NCBI GenBank assembly: GCA_965219535.1 | Contig: CBDCNV010000002.1 | Location: 1,980,001-2,012,000, forward strand | Direction of reading: 5' to 3' | From: Opitutales bacterium | GTDB taxonomy: Bacteria; Verrucomicrobiota; Verrucomicrobiia; Opitutales; PNEW01 | Length of the DNA: 32,000 nt | Part shown: positions 26,933-32,000 of the stretch, in pieces | How positions within the stretch are numbered: position 1 is the stretch's first letter | Layout: every line of letters begins with the position of its first letter | Position numbers and translations under genes: made by a program | The notes under the pieces: generated by a model | What the model was told of the DNA's origin: nothing | Database searches by the model: none | What the model saw: only the letters and a program-made list of their open reading frames with translations

Positions 26933-28228
26933 ATGCAAAAGGAAGATACTGCCTTATTCAGGCTAAATGAACAAAACTTCAATTTCCCTTTAATGGAAGG
27001 GACGGAGGGAGAAAAAGCTGTTGATATACGATCCTTACGTGGACAAAGCGGGTATATCGCTTATGATGACGGCTACCGCAATACCGGATCCTGTAGCGGG
27101 AAAATTACATTTATCGATGGGGAAAAAGGTATCTTGCGTTACCGGGGATACCCGATTGAGCAACTGGCGATAAAATCCAGTTTTCTTGAGACGGCCTATC
27201 TCATTATCTACGGTGAATTACCAAATGCGGAGCAAATACAATCCTTTCGAAATATCATCAGTGAAAATGCTAGTGTGCATGAGGGAATGCATCGATTTAT
27301 CGAAGGGTTCCCCGTCGAATCACATCCGATGGCCATGCTTTCAGCTATGGTCAATTCGTTGGGCTGTTATTACCCTGAAATGGCAAGTAATAACCGGCAG
27401 CAGGATTTAGAATACTTTGATGTTGCAGCCGCGCATGTAATTTCAAAAGCACGTACACTTGCTGCGATGTCGTATCGCATGAAAATTGGGCTCCCATTTA
27501 TTCACCCCAATACGGATCTATCTTATACCGGTAATTTTCTCCATATGATGTTTTCCGAACCAAATAAGGAATATCTTGTCAGTGATGAAGTCGTGAGCGC
27601 GCTCAACTTAATTTTTCTTCTTCATGCGGATCATGAGCAAAATTGTAGTACTTCTACAGTACGCATGGTCGGCTCGGGCGGTGCGAATCTTTTTGCTTCA
27701 ATTTCAGCGGGCATAAACGCTTTATGGGGACCTTTACACGGGGGTGCGAATATGGCAGTCATTAAAATGCTGGAGCAAATTCGCAATGATGGAGATGATG
27801 GGTCACGCTTTATTGAAAAGGCAAAAGCAGGTAGTAAAATTATGGGATTTGGCCATGCCGTCTATAAAAACTATGACCCGAGGGCGAAGATACTCGGTGA
27901 GGCGGCTGAGGGAGTAATGAAGAGTTTAGGTATCCAGGATCCTCTTCTTGATATCGCGCGCCATCTCGAAAAGGCTGCGCTGAGCGATGATTATTTTATT
28001 AAGCGAAAGCTATATCCCAATGTAGATTTTTATAGCGGTTTTATTCTTAGCGCGCTTGGGATTCCACTTGATTTCTTCACCGTGATTTTTGCTATTGGCA
28101 GAATGCCTGGGTGGATAGCTAATTGGAAAGAAATGGCTGAGGAACCTAAAGCGAGTATCTACCGCCCTCGCCAGATTTACGTCGGTCCCAAAGAACGCGA
28201 TTATATTCCCATTGAAGAGAGAGATTAG
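26933..28228 (+). CDS. gltA: Citrate synthase (type II)
   Basis: 431 aa; signature [14 protein letters not shown] and HADHEQN. The N-terminus is colinear with E. coli GltA, so ATG 26933 is the likely start. Confidence 0.95.
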   Translation: MQKEDTALFRLNEQNFNFPLMEGTEGEKAVDIRSLRGQSGYIAYDDGYRNTGSCSGKITFIDGEKGILRYRGYPIEQLAIKSSFLETAYLIIYGELPNAEQIQSFRNIISENASVHEGMHRFIEGFPVESHPMAMLSAMVNSLGCYYPEMASNNRQQDLEYFDVAAAHVISKARTLAAMSYRMKIGLPFIHPNTDLSYTGNFLHMMFSEPNKEYLVSDEVVSALNLIFLLHADHEQNCSTSTVRMVGSGGANLFASISAGINALWGPLHGGANMAVIKMLEQIRNDGDDGSRFIEKAKAGSKIMGFGHAVYKNYDPRAKILGEAAEGVMKSLGIQDPLLDIARHLEKAALSDDYFIKRKLYPNVDFYSGFILSALGIPLDFFTVIFAIGRMPGWIANWKEMAEEPKASIYRPRQIYVGPKERDYIPIEERD

Positions 28229-28398
28229 GGGCGCAGAGGCTGTAGGGGAATAGGGTATTTTTAAAATAATTTGATAACTAAATCGGTAGCTATCGATTTG
28301 TAATTGAAGCCTTGTTCAGCGCGATGGCTGTTGGCAGTCGAGTTATGAAGCTTGTTTCACTCGTCTTAACTCTGTCTTAACCGCTTGTCCGCGCGCCT

Positions 28399-29187
28399 TT
28401 ATTTCTCCTCGGGTAAGATTCGTAGAATTTCTTCCAGACTTAATCCTGACAATTTTTTTAAACCGCTCAGAATTTTCCAAAACGCAATAAAAGAAATAAC
28501 CGTACAGGGGACGACGATAATCGGGTAGCTTAAAAGGGTCATCCGACCTATTTCTTCATTAAAGGCTTCGGTCCCTGATTCACTGTTGATGAGTATCTTG
28601 GCGAGAGCAAAATTGAGTATCGCACTTAATAGAAATGAAAGAGCGAGAAGAACGGTGATGTTGTTGAGAAGCCGGTTGAAAGATAGTAAATTGTTTCGAA
28701 CTTTTATTTCCCATTCAACGGTCGCAATATTTATAATGTTTTCATTATAAATTAATGTCCGTACTAATGGATAGGGAGTTTTTAATGAAATAAGTATGGC
28801 AAGTCCAATAATTGAAGGCACCGCAGCTTCTTTTATCGCGATCCAATCTTTATCTAATTTCAATAAACCGATACCCCCGGTAAGGAGAATACTGATAAAT
28901 CCCAGGATTGATAAAAAATTATATTTATGACGAAAAATGAGATCACTGAGACCATAACTTAGAGGAAAGAATAAAGCTATGATTAAGGCAATCGATGGTT
29001 GAAGATTAAACCATTGACCCCCTTTCATTAGAATTAAAGCAGGTATAATGAAATTCAGCCCAAGATTGAGCCAAAAATTTTCACGTCGAGATTGCTTTTG
29101 GATTGGATTAAGAGATGGTCGTGCGTTATCTTCGGGATCTCCGTTTTTAATGTTTTCAATATCCATGGTGATAAAAGATTTCTGCAT
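28399..29187 (-). CDS. Polytopic (about 6 TM) membrane protein of unknown function
   Basis: 262 aa with six hydrophobic segments. From memory it resembles the widespread uncharacterised VC0807-like / YciB-like small membrane protein families; this is unverified. An alternative start is Met8 at 29166. Confidence 0.7.
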   Translation of the reverse strand: MQKSFITMDIENIKNGDPEDNARPSLNPIQKQSRRENFWLNLGLNFIIPALILMKGGQWFNLQPSIALIIALFFPLSYGLSDLIFRHKYNFLSILGFISILLTGGIGLLKLDKDWIAIKEAAVPSIIGLAILISLKTPYPLVRTLIYNENIINIATVEWEIKVRNNLLSFNRLLNNITVLLALSFLLSAILNFALAKILINSESGTEAFNEEIGRMTLLSYPIIVVPCTVISFIAFWKILSGLKKLSGLSLEEILRILPEEK

Positions 29188-29192
29188 TTAAT

Positions 29193-29843
29193 ATGAAAGC
29201 AAGCAATATAAGTTGCCTGATATCTGCCGGGCCAACGCGTGAATTTTTCGATCCAGTACGATTTTTAAGCAATCCTTCGAGTGGAAAAATGGGGTATGCG
29301 ATGGCTGAAGCAGCTATCAAACGTGGATGGAAGGTGGATCTCGTCAGCGGTCCGGTGTGCCTTACCTCGCCAGAAGGTGCTGTCGTGCATCCTGTAATTA
29401 CGGGAGATGAAATGCTTAGAGAAATTGATTCCCTCTTTGACCAATGCCATATTCTGATCATGACCGCCGCGGTAATGGATTATCGACCACGAAGTTTTTC
29501 TCCACATAAACTGAAGAAATCCGGTGATACAAGCACCGTAGAACTCGATCCGGTCGTCGATATCCTGAAAACTGTTGCCTCGCGAAAGAGCAATCAAATT
29601 GTCGTGGCCTTTGCAGCAGAAACAGAAAATCTGGAAGCAAATGCCAAAAAAAAACTAAAAGTGAAGAACGCAGATTTCATCATTGCTAATCATGTAGGTC
29701 AGGCGGGAACCGGTTTTGAGTCGGAAAATACTGAAGTGACTCTTATTTCTGCGCACGGGGAAAGTTATAATTTTGGTCCTGACAGTAAAAAGGCGATCGC
29801 AGATATTCTGATTGAACGCTTGGCACAGGAATTAACTACATAG
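29193..29843 (+). CDS. coaB: Phosphopantothenate-cysteine ligase, stand-alone CoaB domain
   Basis: 216 aa; [26 protein letters not shown] matches the start of the CoaB half of the bifunctional Dfp/CoaBC protein. No CoaC flavoprotein half is present upstream. Confidence 0.88.
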   Translation: MKASNISCLISAGPTREFFDPVRFLSNPSSGKMGYAMAEAAIKRGWKVDLVSGPVCLTSPEGAVVHPVITGDEMLREIDSLFDQCHILIMTAAVMDYRPRSFSPHKLKKSGDTSTVELDPVVDILKTVASRKSNQIVVAFAAETENLEANAKKKLKVKNADFIIANHVGQAGTGFESENTEVTLISAHGESYNFGPDSKKAIADILIERLAQELTT

Positions 29844-29900
29844 AGAAACTTGAATACTTTATCAGTGGTGAGAGTCATCAATACTTACAATTCATAGCAC

Positions 29901-31085
29901 ATGTCACCAACGACTAAACTGAGTGCATTGGAAAAAGTATTAGGCCGTCTAGACGACCTGGATTCGGTAAGCTTGTCTAATTTAGTTCAGCGATTAGCTC
30001 GCGAACGAAGCCTCCTGGAGACTGTTTTTAATACAATTCGTGAAGGGATACTCGTTATCGATCAAAATGGCATTATTGAATACGCCAATGCCGCTGCCGG
30101 TAAACTCATCGGTCTATCCCTGAAAGACCAGGGCCAGGCTGTCCTCTGGAAGCTTGTACCGGAACTAATTCGTACGCTTGATATTTCAAGCGACGGTGAA
30201 TATCGAGCAGAATTAGTGGTAACTCGTGACCTGGAACTTAACTATCCGGAGACACGTTTTGTTCGTCTCTATATAATGCCGATTAAAAGTATAAATGATG
30301 ACGATTTGGTAAGTAAAAACTACGCTGTGATTATCTCAGACGTCACTGAATTACAGCTTTCAACTCGGGAGCAGATTGAGAATGAAAAAATTTCGTCCGT
30401 TATCATGTTGGCTGCTGGTGTCGCTCATGAGTTAGGAAATCCTCTGAATTCACTTACCATCCACTTACAATTGATCAACAGGCAATTGGAGAAACTGAAT
30501 AATTCAAATGAGAAAGAAAAAATCAAGAACCAGCTTGATGTATGTACAGGTGAATTAGAGCGTCTAGATGGAATCATTACGCACTTTTTGGAAGCCATTA
30601 GACCTTCCCCTCCAGACTTTCAGGATCTTGATCTTTTAAAAGCACTTGAGGAGGCCTTTGAATACCTCGGAGAGGAACTGAATGATGCGGGTATCAATGT
30701 GGATATTGAAGTATCTGATGATTTACCGGTCGTCATGGCAGACGGGAATCAGATTAAACAGGTTTTTTTCAATCTCATTACTAATGCGCGTGAATCAATG
30801 ACGAGTGGTGGTACGATCAAAGTCCGAACACGTAGCGATGATGATTATGTATATATCCTAATTGGGGATTCAGGGGTGGGGATTAAAGAGGAAAACTTGA
30901 GCAAAGTATTCCAACCATATTTCACGACGAAGAAGAGTGGTCATGGATTAGGGATGATGATCGTACAACGAATAATGCGCGATCATGGTGGACAAATTGG
31001 TATCGATAGTCAGTCGGAGGTTGGTTCGGTGTTCACCTTGCAATTCCCTCAGAAGCATCGGCGCATTCGTCTACTCGAGAGTTGA
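29901..31085 (+). CDS. Soluble PAS-domain sensor histidine kinase (NtrB-like)
   Basis: 394 aa with no TM segment; PAS-like region (FNTIREGILVIDQNG...), H-box AHELGNPLNS, N-box NLITNARES, G-boxes DSGVGI and GHGLGM. Confidence 0.9.
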   Translation: MSPTTKLSALEKVLGRLDDLDSVSLSNLVQRLARERSLLETVFNTIREGILVIDQNGIIEYANAAAGKLIGLSLKDQGQAVLWKLVPELIRTLDISSDGEYRAELVVTRDLELNYPETRFVRLYIMPIKSINDDDLVSKNYAVIISDVTELQLSTREQIENEKISSVIMLAAGVAHELGNPLNSLTIHLQLINRQLEKLNNSNEKEKIKNQLDVCTGELERLDGIITHFLEAIRPSPPDFQDLDLLKALEEAFEYLGEELNDAGINVDIEVSDDLPVVMADGNQIKQVFFNLITNARESMTSGGTIKVRTRSDDDYVYILIGDSGVGIKEENLSKVFQPYFTTKKSGHGLGMMIVQRIMRDHGGQIGIDSQSEVGSVFTLQFPQKHRRIRLLES

Positions 31086-31206
31086 TCCGACTTTAGCCGT
31101 ATTCATGGCGATTAATCACTTGCGAAGTGGGACAAAATTACCCATTCTCAATACTTATTTCAGTTACCACCTGCTATTGCGTGAATTTCAACCTGACTGA
31201 TTGATT

Positions 31207-32000
31207 ATGCCGGCTTCCATTCTTATCGTAGATGATGAAAAACATACCCGTGAAGGGCTGCTTCAAGCGCTGGAGGATACTTTTGATGTTTATCTTGCAT
31301 CCAGTGCAGATGAGGCCTTCAATCTGTTCGAAGCGGAAAAATTTGATATAGTTCTCACGGATTTAAAGATGGCTGGAAAATCCGGGTTAAAGGTCATTGA
31401 TAAGGCAATAAGCCTGCCAGTAAAACCGGTCACCATAATGATGACAGCGTATGGCAATGTCGAAACGGCAGTAGAAGCGATGAAGCGAGGGGCTTTTGAT
31501 TTTTTGACTAAACCCCTCAATTTGGAAAAATTAGAAATTTTAATAAAACGGGCACTAAGGTCTCGCGAATTGGAAGAAGAGAATATAGCATTGCACAGAA
31601 GACTCGACCGAAAGTATAGTTTCGAGGGAATTATTGGAAATTCGAAAGTATTACAGGATGTGATCGAGAAGGTAAAACTGGTTGCTCCTTCTAAAACCAC
31701 GGTTCTCCTGGATGGGGAGACAGGAACCGGCAAGGAATTAATCGCGCAGGCGATACATCAGAATAGCGGTCGCGCGAGGCAACCGTTTATCGTTGCTCAT
31801 TGCGCTGCATTACCCGCTAGCCTTCTTGAAAGTGAACTTTTTGGGCATGAAAAAGGAGCTTTTACCGGTGCAGTCGAGCGTCGAATAGGTCGTTTTGAAG
31901 CGTCACAAGAGGGGACTCTCTTTCTCGATGAAATCGGCGATATCGATCAGTCGACGCAAGTAAAACTCCTGCGTTTTATCGAGTCTAAAACATTTGAACG
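31207..32000 (+). CDS. Sigma-54-dependent response regulator (NtrC family), 3' partial
   Basis: It is not in the ORF track because the frame stays open to the window edge. ATG 31207 gives [18 protein letters not shown]...DLKMAGKSG (receiver domain), GETGTGKE (Walker A) and [15 protein letters not shown] (GAFTGA loop). Confidence 0.92.
   Translation, partial: MPASILIVDDEKHTREGLLQALEDTFDVYLASSADEAFNLFEAEKFDIVLTDLKMAGKSGLKVIDKAISLPVKPVTIMMTAYGNVETAVEAMKRGAFDFLTKPLNLEKLEILIKRALRSRELEEENIALHRRLDRKYSFEGIIGNSKVLQDVIEKVKLVAPSKTTVLLDGETGTGKELIAQAIHQNSGRARQPFIVAHCAALPASLLESELFGHEKGAFTGAVERRIGRFEASQEGTLFLDEIGDIDQSTQVKLLRFIESKTFE

Noticed and set aside
31290-31733. 147-aa minus-strand ORF listed in the track
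   Set aside because: It is antisense to the clear NtrC-type response regulator gene (31207 onward, plus strand). That gene is missing from the track only because it has no stop inside the window.
1-32000. tRNA, rRNA, CRISPR arrays, tandem repeats and defence or toxin-antitoxin gene pairs
   Set aside because: Intergenic spacers are all 190 nt or shorter, and none shows tRNA-like T-arm or D-arm signatures or regularly spaced direct repeats. Every ORF of 60 codons or more that is not a shadow has been assigned. None looks like a nuclease, toxin, ATPase or methylase module.

Overview
About 60% of this window (nt 1-19500) is one plus-strand ribosomal-protein superoperon. It holds the 3' end of rpoC, then rpsL-rpsG-fusA-rpsJ, the S10 block (rplC to rpsQ), the spc block (rplN to rplO, secY, map) and the alpha block (rpsM-rpsK-rpsD-rpoA-rplQ). 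A hairpin terminator closes it. Downstream lie: a 77-aa membrane-anchored zinc-ribbon mini-ORF abutting guaA; a signal-peptide LolA-like protein; a partial histidine cluster (hisD-hisC-hisB-hisH); an intact 735-bp IS1595-family insertion ending 20 nt before the gltA start codon; a minus-strand 6-TM membrane protein head-to-head with a stand-alone coaB; and a soluble PAS histidine kinase with an NtrC-type sigma-54 response regulator that runs off the window. The DNA is AT-rich by eye, and almost no gene has a Shine-Dalgarno sequence. I recognised no tRNA, rRNA or CRISPR array. I do not see a convincing new multi-gene system such as a defence island or toxin-antitoxin pair; this is mostly core genome. 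The features worth a second look are: (1) the recent-looking IS that separates gltA from its upstream DNA; (2) the zinc-ribbon mini-protein upstream of guaA; (3) lineage-specific extensions on SecY (a predicted extra transmembrane helix), L17 (a ~110-aa Lys-rich tail) and S11 (a 61-aa acidic N-terminus); (4) the absence of tuf, rpmD, adk, infA and rpmJ from their usual slots; (5) two ~128-nt spacers inside the otherwise tightly packed r-protein cluster; (6) coaB without coaC, with its start codon 5 nt from a divergent start codon. The taxon cannot be fixed from sequence alone. The gene order and SD-poor starts suggest a PVC- or FCB-like lineage, but this is speculation.
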